Shown: in pieces, positions 1 through 9,691 of the stretch
Layout of the letters: each line of letters begins with the position of its first letter
Numbering within the stretch: position 1 is the first letter of the stretch
From: Convolutriloba macropyga
Lineage: Eukaryota
Direction: 5' to 3'
Length of the DNA stretch: 64,000 bases
Assembly (NCBI RefSeq): GCF_964194025.1
Contig: NC_134476.1
Span: 37,386,001 to 37,450,000 of the forward strand
The notes under the pieces: generated by a model
Databases searched by the model: none
What the model was told of the DNA's origin: nothing
Seen by the model: the letters and a program-made list of their open reading frames with translations, nothing else
Position numbers and translations under genes: made by a program

Positions 1-1
1 A

Positions 2-706
2 AATTATTACAGGAATATCCGAGAAAACTTCAATAATTTGTCGTACAACACTTTTTTCTGAAAGTTGATCGAGACCGTATCCGGGTTTTGGTAAACTTAT
101 CGAACGTATGTGGTACTTCAAAATGACGAATCGTAGTGTGTGAAGGGCAACTGAGAAGTAGTAATAAGTAGATTTATCATAATAGTTTTCTTTCCTGACC
201 AGGCTGAAGATATATCGATTTAAAGTCGTATCATAAAATGATAAAACTGAAACTATTGGCGGTTTTCGCGCAAATGCTTGACTCTGCGGTATTTCTGTGT
301 AATAGTAGGCAATTTGCCGGGCAAAGCCTTTACGCATCTTCATATCACTTGATACACAATGTACAAAAGAGCTTCTGGAGTTAAGTATATCACCTCTATG
401 ATAGAAGAATTTGGCTCTTGTTTTTCGAATTTCAATTACAATTAGGTTTGAAGTAGTTTGTTTGCTCTTTGACTGGATTCGGGTTACTTGTCTGTTCTCA
501 TCAGTTGAGCCTCGTTTATATCTCTCAATGCTAGATCGTACTTGGTCTAGTTTCGTTTCTCTAGTTGGAGTTTGATCCCTTCTTGATCTGCGCGAAGATT
601 CTGTAATTATTTGGTGTTTTTGTTCTTTTGTTAAGATTGGTGGCTGTGTAGGAGATTCGGGCAATCGTGGCGTTTGTGAACGTGAACCGTAGCGTGCTAC
701 AGGTTT
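2..706 (-). CDS. Pol C-terminal tail with TARG1/OARD1 (Poa1p-like) macrodomain; open frame runs off the window
   Basis: Hand translation: ~95 aa R/S/T/P-rich spacer, then FYHRGDILNSRSSFVHCVSSDMKMRKGFA...RYIFSLVRKENYYDKSTY...ISLPKPGYGLDQLSEKSVVRQIIEVFSDIPVII (418 to 2). This is collinear with human TARG1 motifs as recalled: YVKGDLF/LAHCISEDCRMGAGIA/RYIYYLITK/SMPRIGCGLDRL/IEEVF. In-frame TGA at 707-709 upstream. Confidence 0.88.
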
Positions 707-2729
707 TCAGGATTCAAATTTTCTGACTCCGAGCCAATTAATCTTTTGACCTGTTTAGTTGTTCTTGGCATCGTAATCTTCTTTGAAAACTTTTTGATTT
801 TCTCTGCTTGTGGAGATATTCCCTCATTTGTAATTGTGCTGCCCAGAAATTTGATTGACTGTGAGGCAATTTCACATTTTTCTGGTGACAATTTCAGTCC
901 AGATCTTCGGATGCAGTCAAAAATTTTCCTTAGACTAGTAAGTAGCTGACTAAATTCTGTTACTGCACTCCCAATATCGTCCATGAATTGTGTGCATATA
1001 CAGGCTGCTAGACAAGGGTCTAGATAATGGCGAATGAATGAACTAAAACCAGTGACTGATTTGCTAAGTCCTTGAGCTAGACATTTGTACGCGTAAGTTC
1101 TTGATGAGAAATTGAAAGCTAAAAGTTGTACTGAGGTGTCGTCCGCCATCTGTACGCAATGATAAGCTTGTGAGCAGTCAAGTTTTGTGAACAACGTTTT
1201 TCCTGCAAAATGACTAGTTGCATCAGCCATGTTTGAGATTGGGAAATGAGTGCTGTGGTAGTCATTTTTGAGTAGGTGGTTGACTCTTCTCAGGTCAATT
1301 AAAATTCGCAGTTTGCCTGATTCTTTTCTATGTGCAAATAATGGACTACTGTATTTAGACTGTGACAAAGTTGTTATAAGTCCATAGTAGTGCATTAATG
1401 CTAATTCAATATGTAGTTCGTCACGTAGATGAATTGGGGTTGGTGGTCCTTGTACATATACGGGTAGGTCATGCTCTGGGGTTAACTTTATTTTTAGTTC
1501 CGTATTGTATCCAACATCAAATCGGTGTTTGGCAAAAATGTCACAATATTCAATTAATAAATGCTCGCATTCTTCGATTTGCTTCTGGTTTAATAACGAA
1601 TTTTCCCAGTTAAATTTACTGAGAGAAAATTTTTGGTCTTCCTCATTACTTCGTGGATCGACCTTCTCCAACTTTTGGAATTTTAATATTTGGTCATAAA
1701 TTTCTTGTTGTAAGAGCGGCAAATTACTTGGATCCTCGCAAGTTTCTGGTGTTGGAAACCATAGTTTACTATATTCGGGTGGAGGTCTCCTAGTTTGGCC
1801 TGGTTTGTGTTGAGTGAAATCTTGGATAAGTTGGTTCAATTCCGCAAAATAATCATCTTTGTTTCTTGATTTTGCTAACGTTATCAGTTGTGGGTCAATT
1901 TGTATCAATTGGTCGGCTTGCTCGGTTGAGAGGATTGAGAATCTGCCCACCACTGTTCGACTATTAATTGTAATAGGGTGCTCAGTTACGTTCAGAGCAG
2001 AAACGTACAGTGTATTGTTGTTTCCTACAGTACTTAGCGAAGAAGTTAGTGCGATTTCCGTTTCTTTTTCAAGAATTTCATTGGGAGTGATTACTCCACT
2101 TTTGTTCTCAAACTGATCGGTTTTGTCTGATAGATAGCATTCCAGGAAAATTTGCTCGTTGGGCTGTATTGTGTGCTTCTTGTTTGTGTAAATGGGAATT
2201 TTCTTATGTCTTACTGATCGTCGTTTTTCGTTCACAGGCTTGATTTCATTAATTTGAACTGTCAGATCGGGCAATTGAATAAAGGCTTGTTTTGGGCTAA
2301 TTAAAATATCATGCTTGACAAAGAAGGGGTTGCCAAGGATGACCGAGTTTGTTGAGGAAAGGACGAGGAAGTCTTCAGCAAACTCTCTGTGAGCGAGTTT
2401 AAATTTAATTTCAGCTTGTTTCTCTATTCAGACTAGTTGTCCTCCAGCCATTTTAACTGAAGTGCAATCTGGTTGCTTCAATATGACTGCATTCTTGTCA
2501 GTTTCGGTAATTTCTAGGAGTAATCTGTTGCTTATGACATTTGCACAAGCGCCGGTGTCAATTAGTGCTCGACGGCTTATTCCGTTATTAAATTTAATTT
2601 TGACATAGGGAAGAAGGGATGATCTCATATTTGAGTTTATATTGTAAAGATTAAATAGTTTACTAGACTGCTCTGTAGATTTGGAAGACTGTTTGCGACT
2701 TTTGGGCGTTAAGGGTGGCTTTATTAGTT
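697..2729 (-). pseudogene. pol: pol of element A: protease, dUTPase-like domain, RT; truncated after RT
   Basis: One frame from the frameshift site: LIDTGA and ILGNPF protease motifs with a premature TGA at 2428-2430; RT motifs YSSPLF, IDLRRVN, KLDCSQAY, LAQG (1069-1080), FMDD (976-987), KC..IKFLG. Homology ends at KQVKRLIG (~733); RNase H and integrase are absent. Confidence 0.92.
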
Positions 2730-3905
2730 TTTTGATTGGCGATTAAATGGAAATGAGGTTCCTCTATTATTAGTTCTACCTCTCTGAGAACATTGACTTG
2801 ATCGATGATTTGGATAACCACATGTATAACAGAAAGTACCGCTAGATCTAGGCACAGGCATATATGGGCTGGTGGGCATGCGAAATTGTGACTGAGATAT
2901 GAAATTTCGAGGATAAAACACTTGAGCGTTAGTGTTTGGGAATCGGGGTCTCGGATTTCTATTAAGGAAGCTTCGACCTCTAGGATTGTTTCCTCTGTAA
3001 GAGTTCTGATACAGTTGGCTTGCATAGTTATTTCTGGGCGTGTAGGGCACTGCGGGAAATTGCCCCTGCCTACTAAATGATTGCTGGGGAGAGTGAGTTA
3101 CGTCTCTCTGTGTTGTTTCTATCTGTGCCGCCGTGATGCGGTCGTCAATTGTTTGAAGCTTTTTGTCTAGTGAATCTTGCGTCTGGTTCAATTTAGAGAG
3201 CGCATTGATCAAGTTTTCGGACATGGTGTTATTAATTTCATTGAACCCATCTTCCGGATAGTCATCTTTTCTGCACATGTCTCTAATTGTCATCTGTTGT
3301 CGAGCAGTGGTGCAGAGATCGGTAACAAGCGTGGCTGGTGGTTGTTCCATCAATTTTGATCGCAGCCATCCCGGCATGGCTGCGATGAAGATTAGTTTTA
3401 CTTGTTCGTTCTTATTGTCCTCCGCCGCTTGCAATCTAGCAGCTCGTGCGGCTGTTTCTCCATCGAAGCGTGCGTGCTCTGCTCTATCCCCTGCTCCTCC
3501 ATCTCCTGGAAGCGCTAATGCTGCAACTGCTGGCAGATTTGGCGTTGGATACGCACGCTGAGCCTTTGTTTGTAGGTTCACTAGGAAATTTTCGGGGCTG
3601 TCTGTTTTTGGGTCAAATCGCAGTTGTTCTAATTTAAGAACGTGTACTTCTTGCAAATCTTGATTCGCGAAGTGGTCCCTGAGTGCTGTGAGACTTAATT
3701 CAAGATCATTTCTGGTTGCTTCGGGCAACGTTTGAAAATATCTTAACGCGGCGTCTCGGAGTTGGAGTTGCAAAAAATTTGATTGTTGGTTGGCAGGAAT
3801 TGCTGCGACACCAATAAAACCTCGGAAAAGGTGCTCAAATTGGCGGAAACTTTGATTTTTGGCTCCGCTATAGGGCTCTACTGTTATTTGGGCGTTTGCG
3901 GCCAT
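2724..3905 (-). CDS. gag: Gag of element A (393 aa, intact)
   Basis: ATG start, retrotransposon capsid-like N-terminal half, R/N/P-rich linker, zinc knuckle CYTCGYPNHRSSQC (CX2CX4HX4C). Confidence 0.92.
   Translation of the reverse strand: MAANAQITVEPYSGAKNQSFRQFEHLFRGFIGVAAIPANQQSNFLQLQLRDAALRYFQTLPEATRNDLELSLTALRDHFANQDLQEVHVLKLEQLRFDPKTDSPENFLVNLQTKAQRAYPTPNLPAVAALALPGDGGAGDRAEHARFDGETAARAARLQAAEDNKNEQVKLIFIAAMPGWLRSKLMEQPPATLVTDLCTTARQQMTIRDMCRKDDYPEDGFNEINNTMSENLINALSKLNQTQDSLDKKLQTIDDRITAAQIETTQRDVTHSPQQSFSRQGQFPAVPYTPRNNYASQLYQNSYRGNNPRGRSFLNRNPRPRFPNTNAQVFYPRNFISQSQFRMPTSPYMPVPRSSGTFCYTCGYPNHRSSQCSQRGRTNNRGTSFPFNRQSKN
2727..2733 (-). promoter_or_regulatory. -1 ribosomal frameshift slippery heptamer A-AAA-AAC (gag/pol)
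   Basis: Minus strand reads TCA AAA AAC TAA at the gag stop; the -1 frame is open without stops into the protease ORF. Confidence 0.85.
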
Positions 3906-3978
3906 CTTAGTTTCTTATAATTTTAAAACTGCACTGGATGAAATTAAAGGTGATGATCTGGATGGGCTGGGAATGCAA

Positions 3979-4323
3979 TTATTCAGAAATTACGATGAGG
4001 GGAGATTCAAAATCATCTAAATCAATGTCATAGCCATGGGTCATGAGATGTCTAACTTTAGAAAATTCGCGTGCTTTTTGTCGCAAGGTCTTGGGGATAA
4101 ATATTAAGGCGCGTTTGTCAATAGAATTTTGAGTTAAAAGCAACATTTGTTTTGGTTTGTCAGATACAAAGGCACTAACAACTGTTGAGATAATAAGGTT
4201 GTTAGTTTGGGGGCTAATGAATTGTATATAGTTACAGTCTACATATTCCACAAAATGATTTGAGTTGCGGCAGTTATTAATAACAGGGAGTATTTGGGTA
4301 TTATATAAATCGCGGGAAGGCAT
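3979..4323 (-). CDS. Leader accessory ORF3 of element A (114 aa, unknown function)
   Basis: ATG-started intact ORF (MPSRDLY...) between PBS and gag, same strand, ending 73 nt before the gag ATG. Confidence 0.55.
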   Translation of the reverse strand: MPSRDLYNTQILPVINNCRNSNHFVEYVDCNYIQFISPQTNNLIISTVVSAFVSDKPKQMLLLTQNSIDKRALIFIPKTLRQKAREFSKVRHLMTHGYDIDLDDFESPLIVISE

Positions 4324-4465
4324 TTTAATTTAGCACCAAAATTTATATGTTCTAACTCACAGTTTCCAAATTGACTCGATTTGGTTGCCAATAAGGGGTT
4401 TCACTCTCTCATTCTGTGTGTATGTGTCTCAGTGTGACGTCACTGTCATTTGGCGTCACCTTCTT

Positions 4466-4633
4466 TTAGACTCCAATCTCTGTTGCATTGACAATTGATA
4501 ATTGGAACGAAAAGCTAATGGCGCTGTTTGTCATGAAGAGGTAAATGAAGAGTGCTGTGATCAGATAATAAGCAATGATGGAGAAGATAAAGAATGCTGC
4601 AGTAAAATATAAGCAAAATTTGTTGAGAGACAT
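4466..4633 (-). CDS. Leader accessory ORF2 of element A (55 aa, predicted transmembrane micro-protein)
   Basis: Hand translation MSLNKFCLYFTAAFFIFSIIAYYLITALFIYLFMTNSAISFSFQLSIVNATEIGV*; about 29 consecutive uncharged, mostly hydrophobic residues. Too short for the ORF track. Confidence 0.5.
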   Translation of the reverse strand: MSLNKFCLYFTAAFFIFSIIAYYLITALFIYLFMTNSAISFSFQLSIVNATEIGV

Positions 4634-4663
4634 CGGTAATAGGACAACTATAAAGTACTAAGT

Positions 4664-4996
4664 TTAATTTGAATCTCCGCTTTCGCATATTAATTGAGTT
4701 TTCAGGCTTTCTAAGTGGAGATGCATTTCCCTTTTAATGTGCCTAATTGCTGCTTTGAATTCATACTGATTGTCGAATGATACTATTGCAATGAGCCTGT
4801 CTCTATAGTCTTCTGTAAGTCCAACAATAAAAATAATGAAAATTTTATCTTCAAGAAAGATAGAGTACGTTTCTGCGGAGGTATTTTCGATGTTGGGGCT
4901 TCCGTAAGAAAAGAGTGTTAAATCAAATTTGTGCAGTTGTCTAACTTCATCTGAATCGTGCAATTAACTCAATAATGTTTTGAATAGCAATGGCAT
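4664..4996 (-). pseudogene. Leader accessory ORF1 of element A (~110 aa, one premature stop)
   Basis: ATG at 4996 is in frame with the 99-aa track ORF: MPLLFKTLLS*LHDSDEV...; single TAA at 4964-4966. Confidence 0.5.
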
Positions 4997-5067
4997 TAGG
5001 AAAAAGAAACATTTAAAAGATAAACAATTTTGTTTTTTTTGAAGGAACTAATTGGAAAAGCTGTCTA

Positions 5068-5081
5068 CACTCCTGTCACCA
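5068..5081 (-). promoter_or_regulatory. Primer binding site, tRNA-Leu-like
   Basis: TGGTGACAGGAGTG directly after the LTR end; resembles the complement of the eukaryotic tRNA-Leu 3' end (...CACTCCTGACACCA). Confidence 0.75.
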
Positions 5082-5387
5082 TGTAATATACCTTTGTCCG
5101 GCTATATTATTGCGTTGAATTTGTTGAAGTAATGTTTCTCGCTAGTTTAATTAACATCTTAATAACATAACTTTTGTCTCTTAAATTATTCTTTTCACGT
5201 GATTGTTCAGGGCCTGAGCGGGTTTTCAATTTTACTTCGGAGCAGGGCCGACAGCTATTAGTTTTGTCACTAGAGAAAAGGGGGTTCCAATCTAAGACTG
5301 AATTTTTTGTCTGCTGATTTATAACTTGACAATCTTGGTTGTGTCGCTTAAATTATTACTTTTTAAGACCTGAGGGTCGTATTTACA
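5082..5387 (-). repeat. 5' LTR of element A (~306 bp)
   Basis: Bounded by TGTAA...TTACA inverted termini and abutting the PBS; the partner LTR is outside the window, so the outer boundary is inferred. Confidence 0.75.
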
Positions 5388-7854
5388 TTTGAGTAATCAC
5401 TTATACAAATACATCAAGATTAACTCAAGATAAATAGAACTTCTGGCGCGTGCTGACACGTGCCAGGCAAATAAGATGAACATAGTAAAGTGTACATTGT
5501 AAATATAAATACCGGTTAGCACTATCACAAATTCCTCTGTTATGGGTAAATCAAATAACAAAAGATAATTAAATGGTTTTTAGAACAAATATACTTGAGA
5601 AAGTTTACAGGATATTAAATAAAGTAAATATACATTTTCTCATCTTTAGGAACAAAACGTACTTTAGGACGTTACACAGCATAATCAACAAGAGACGCTA
5701 TAGATTGTTTCAGTTGACCCAAATTCTGATTATATTTTCATCTAAGCAAAATAATTATAATTTTCATAGATTTGCAAAACGATGATAACCTTTCAAAGAA
5801 TTAATAAAAATCTTTTATTGCTAGGAATTCCAAAATACATTACCCCCAAATTAAATGACCTATGATGCGCATTATTACTAAGTAAAAAAACGATGGCGGA
5901 ATGTCTAAAAACTACAGCTTTAAATTTTGGTCATAGCAAAAGTGGAAACTCAAGCAAAATGGCTCGCATGATTCTGTACATGGCAAAGAAAGTTCCCATA
6001 CTTTTGGCATCATTCAGAGTATTATGTCACTACATTGGGTGGGCTACAGCAATAACACTTGCATTCGTAACATAATTTTGCTTTCAGTAGGCCACCGATC
6101 AGATTTTTGCTTCAGTAAGTTCCCAAGACAGGGCGCCAAATCAAAAAGATGGATATAATCAAAGATATATCAAAGATATCAAAGATCAAAAGATATCGAA
6201 TTACGTTCATTTTTGATTGAAACTGATATCTACGCCCAATCCTTATCCCAACGTCTACAGCGAGGTGCAGTGAATTTTTACTGAAAAATAATGTCAATGC
6301 TCTACAGTATCGCGTGAATGAACTTCCAAACATTAAAAAGAATCAAGGTTAAGACGATCATGAAAAACACTTGATGGTTGAAGGATGCAAGGAAATGAAA
6401 TTGGAGTCCTAACAAGCCTGCATTATCTTCACAAAGCGAAAGCAACCACAGTTGAGTCATCTTGTAAGAAATAAACAAAATCTCTCAAAACTACTCTTTC
6501 AGAATGACATGAAATTTTTATTCCAAGTCAGAAACCAGTCGGTTCCAAAAAGTGGTCAGACAAATCGTTTCAAAAATACTGATACACTGACGTTCAGAGA
6601 TGACAATAGAATACTCAGCCAAAAACAAAATTAGGCTCCATAGATTTTTTTTGTTGGGATATCACAAGCCCAGCTTTTTGGTCGACAACATTCAAAGAGA
6701 ATGTAAACATTCCACAAAGGGATCTTATCTTTCAAGTAAGTAAAGCACCCCAAGTTACAGAGCATGTGTAGTTAAAAACGAACCGTTTTGTAAAAAAAAT
6801 GACAACCCCTAAAACTGGGGGTACAAAAGTAGAGGATTCAAATAAGCGATGCGTAACTTCAACAACAGGAAAAAAACTCATGCAAAATTTGGAATTCGCT
6901 CATAACAACGCGAAGCTTTATCAGCGCATCAATTGACCTGAAAGTATATCGGCCGCAATAATACATTGGAGCAATGCCTCTGGTATAATTTGTATATATT
7001 ATATAATTAAGCTGAAAAGCGTCAGAATTGGCCAACCAGTCAAAATTGTTGCCAAAAAGAATAAACAAAAAGAACAAGAAAAAGAACAAACAATTTTCAA
7101 AAACTTCAGCTTCAATCCGCTGGTCACCCAAGAAAAAAATCAATAAAGCGAATCTGACCTTTGGAAGCTTCACAAAAACAGCCTTTCAAAGATTGACAAA
7201 ATGACTGCCGCATTGTCAACCTCAAAAACATTGCAAAAAATTAACTGTCACCCCATAAAAAATCTCATTAAAGAAATTTGCCATTTACACCAGGAAGCTT
7301 CGCTAAAACAGCATTGAAATGATTAAAATATGATATAATCTATGCAGCAACATTAAACATCAACAGTGATTTCTGGCATCATGTAGGATACTTTGCCTGC
7401 ATTATCACAATAATATGCAAAAAAACTTAAGCCGCCAATTTTTTTCCACCTTTTAAAATAGTTAGTGAAACTAAAAAATTCGAAAATTCTCCCCACTTCA
7501 TCAGAAATAGTAACTTTTGAAATTGCAATCTGCTCTGAAACTTTATGGTCATTGAAGACACAATTAGTTACATAAATTAAGATAAAAACTCTAAGAACGA
7601 TGCAAGAAGGGTACTCAAGAAGCTTAGATAAAACTTTCAATAAGCTTAGCGAATCGTTTAAACGTGATTGCACAATAAATAAAGAAGGCCAATCTGAAAG
7701 AGTCGCAACGTCATCGAAGTATGGTCTCTTAATATTAGTGAAGTTAAAAAGATAGATAACCAAGTTGACGAAATTTATTTAATGCAAGCTGAGAAAAATA
7801 ACAAGAAGGCACAGTAATGTGAGTTTGCACCTAAGGTATCAAATAAACTTTAAA

Positions 7855-8710
7855 TAGGTTAAAGTTCATTCATATCTCCATATAAAGATATTGAGACCTG
7901 TCATTCAGAATATGTCGTACGTCTACAAAAACAAGTGACAAAGACGAAAAACAAAAAATCAAATAAATTTAACGAGAAAACGGTATCGAAGCTGTTTAAG
8001 CAATAATCTACTCCATTAAGAAAAGATATAATCAATTGCTCCTTTTTTGAACAAAAATAATGTGATATGTGAACTCTGATTGTGGAGACTAGGTAAAAAG
8101 TAGACAAGAGGAACAAAAAGGGTGAAATTTAAAAATACCTTTCTTATTTTTTGAAAACAATATCAATGTCAGAAAACAGCACCTATCAACTGAATCGTAA
8201 AATTGGTTCAACTATCTCTCCAAAGAAAGCCATGGAGATATGTCATTACTCAGAATATATACGTCTACAAAAGAAACAACAAATTTTTGCGCAAAACTGG
8301 TGTCGAAGCCGTAAAAAAAGTAAGCAATGCAGCAAAAATAGATATGTTCAATTATGACTTTCTTAAACACCAATATTCTGATATCCGACCTAAAGTTAAT
8401 GAGACTAGGTAAGAAGTAGAGAACAAAGAACAGCAAAATGTACAGTTAAAAACAAGTCAAAATTTTTTATTACATTTGATTTCAAAGACAAGAGAAATTT
8501 CAACTGAAATCAGTAAAAAGGTTCCTTTTCTCATCAATAGGAAGCCACTAAGACCTGCTAATATTTAGAATTTTCATATGACTACAAAATGACAAATAAA
8601 GACAGCAATAAAACTCCATTAAATTGGGTCGACGCCGTCAAAACCAAAAAAAAATTAGTATGTTCAATTGTGCCTTCTTTCTGAACGCCAATAATTTGGT
8701 ACCTGACTTG
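7855..8710. repeat. Diverged tandem repeat, ~3 copies of ~320-340 bp
   Basis: Recurrent motifs gagacctgtcattcagaatat / acgtctacaaaa / tcgaagc / tcaattg / gagactaggtaa (8085, 8401). Confidence 0.55.
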
Positions 8711-9691
8711 TCAATAATGTGATTATACGACAAAAACAAAAACCTCAAAGATGCGTAAATGTACAATAATCAAAAATTTCTGAAAACTCGAAGTAGCAAA
8801 GCGGACAAAACCATTAACTAAAACGTAAAACCGCTATAAATATTAAAATTTAATCCAAAAAAAGACGATGCGACCTTTCTTTGCTGACCTTAAGCTACCA
8901 GTAGACAAAAATGTCAAAGCTCGATTATTTTTTTTAAATGAAGACGACCATAAGCTTTCGACTAAAACTAGACAGGTTTCCTTGAAATAAGAAGGGAATT
9001 TGATCTGTCAATAGTAAGCCTCGATTTGAATTGTTTGTTCTGTTCTATAATTAACATGAAAAAGGCAAAAATGCTAATATAATTTGAAAAAGACAGCGAC
9101 TGACTACAAACCGAATTATTTTTTGACTGTAAAAAAACCAACGATTAGACCAAAATTAGCCTTGCTATTGCTGTCTATCCATCAGGAACATATGCTTGCT
9201 CTGAATACAATGGATATGAATAATTTGACGAAAAATGTCAATACAGTAAAAAACAAATGATATATTTTGGATAATTATTGAGTTAAATTAGCAAAACTGC
9301 GGCTAATTTTAATTCAAGAACACCCTCAAAGGACGCGCAAGTAAAACTGGACCTCTTTGAAGTTAACAAAAAAATTGATCAAACAGTTCAACAACACTCT
9401 TCTATCATTAGAGGTAAAACCAACAACACTATCGTTAACAATTTTAACATTGTTTAGCAAAATCGGCAAAAAAATTACGTAAAAGTACGAAAAAAGTGAA
9501 CAAAAACTTCGAGAAAGCAGGCAAAATTCAAATTTTTTAAAATAATACATTCTACGCTTGAGGGGCGTTCTAATGATATCACTCACAACCCTCTGTGATG
9601 AATATATCAATCGGGCAAAAAATGTACTGTACAAAAACATCCATTTGAGTATGTCGGTAGGAACAAAGGAGTCGGAACAATAAAATGAATA

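Larger units (their letters stand above)
1..5387 (-). mobile_element. Ty3/Gypsy-type LTR retrotransposon A, internally deleted, continues beyond left edge
   Basis: Minus-strand order: LTR, PBS, three small ORFs, gag with CCHC knuckle, aspartic protease, dUTPase-like domain, RT, deletion junction, low-complexity tail, macrodomain. The 3' LTR is not in the window. Confidence 0.93.

Noticed and set aside
707-2430. Programmed readthrough of TGA stops at 2428-2430 and 707-709
   Set aside because: One lies in the middle of the protease domain; more simply explained as point mutations such as CGA>TGA.
2663-3025. Separate 120-aa ORF overlapping the gag end
   Set aside because: Third-frame shadow of gag; the pol frame is the -1 frame.
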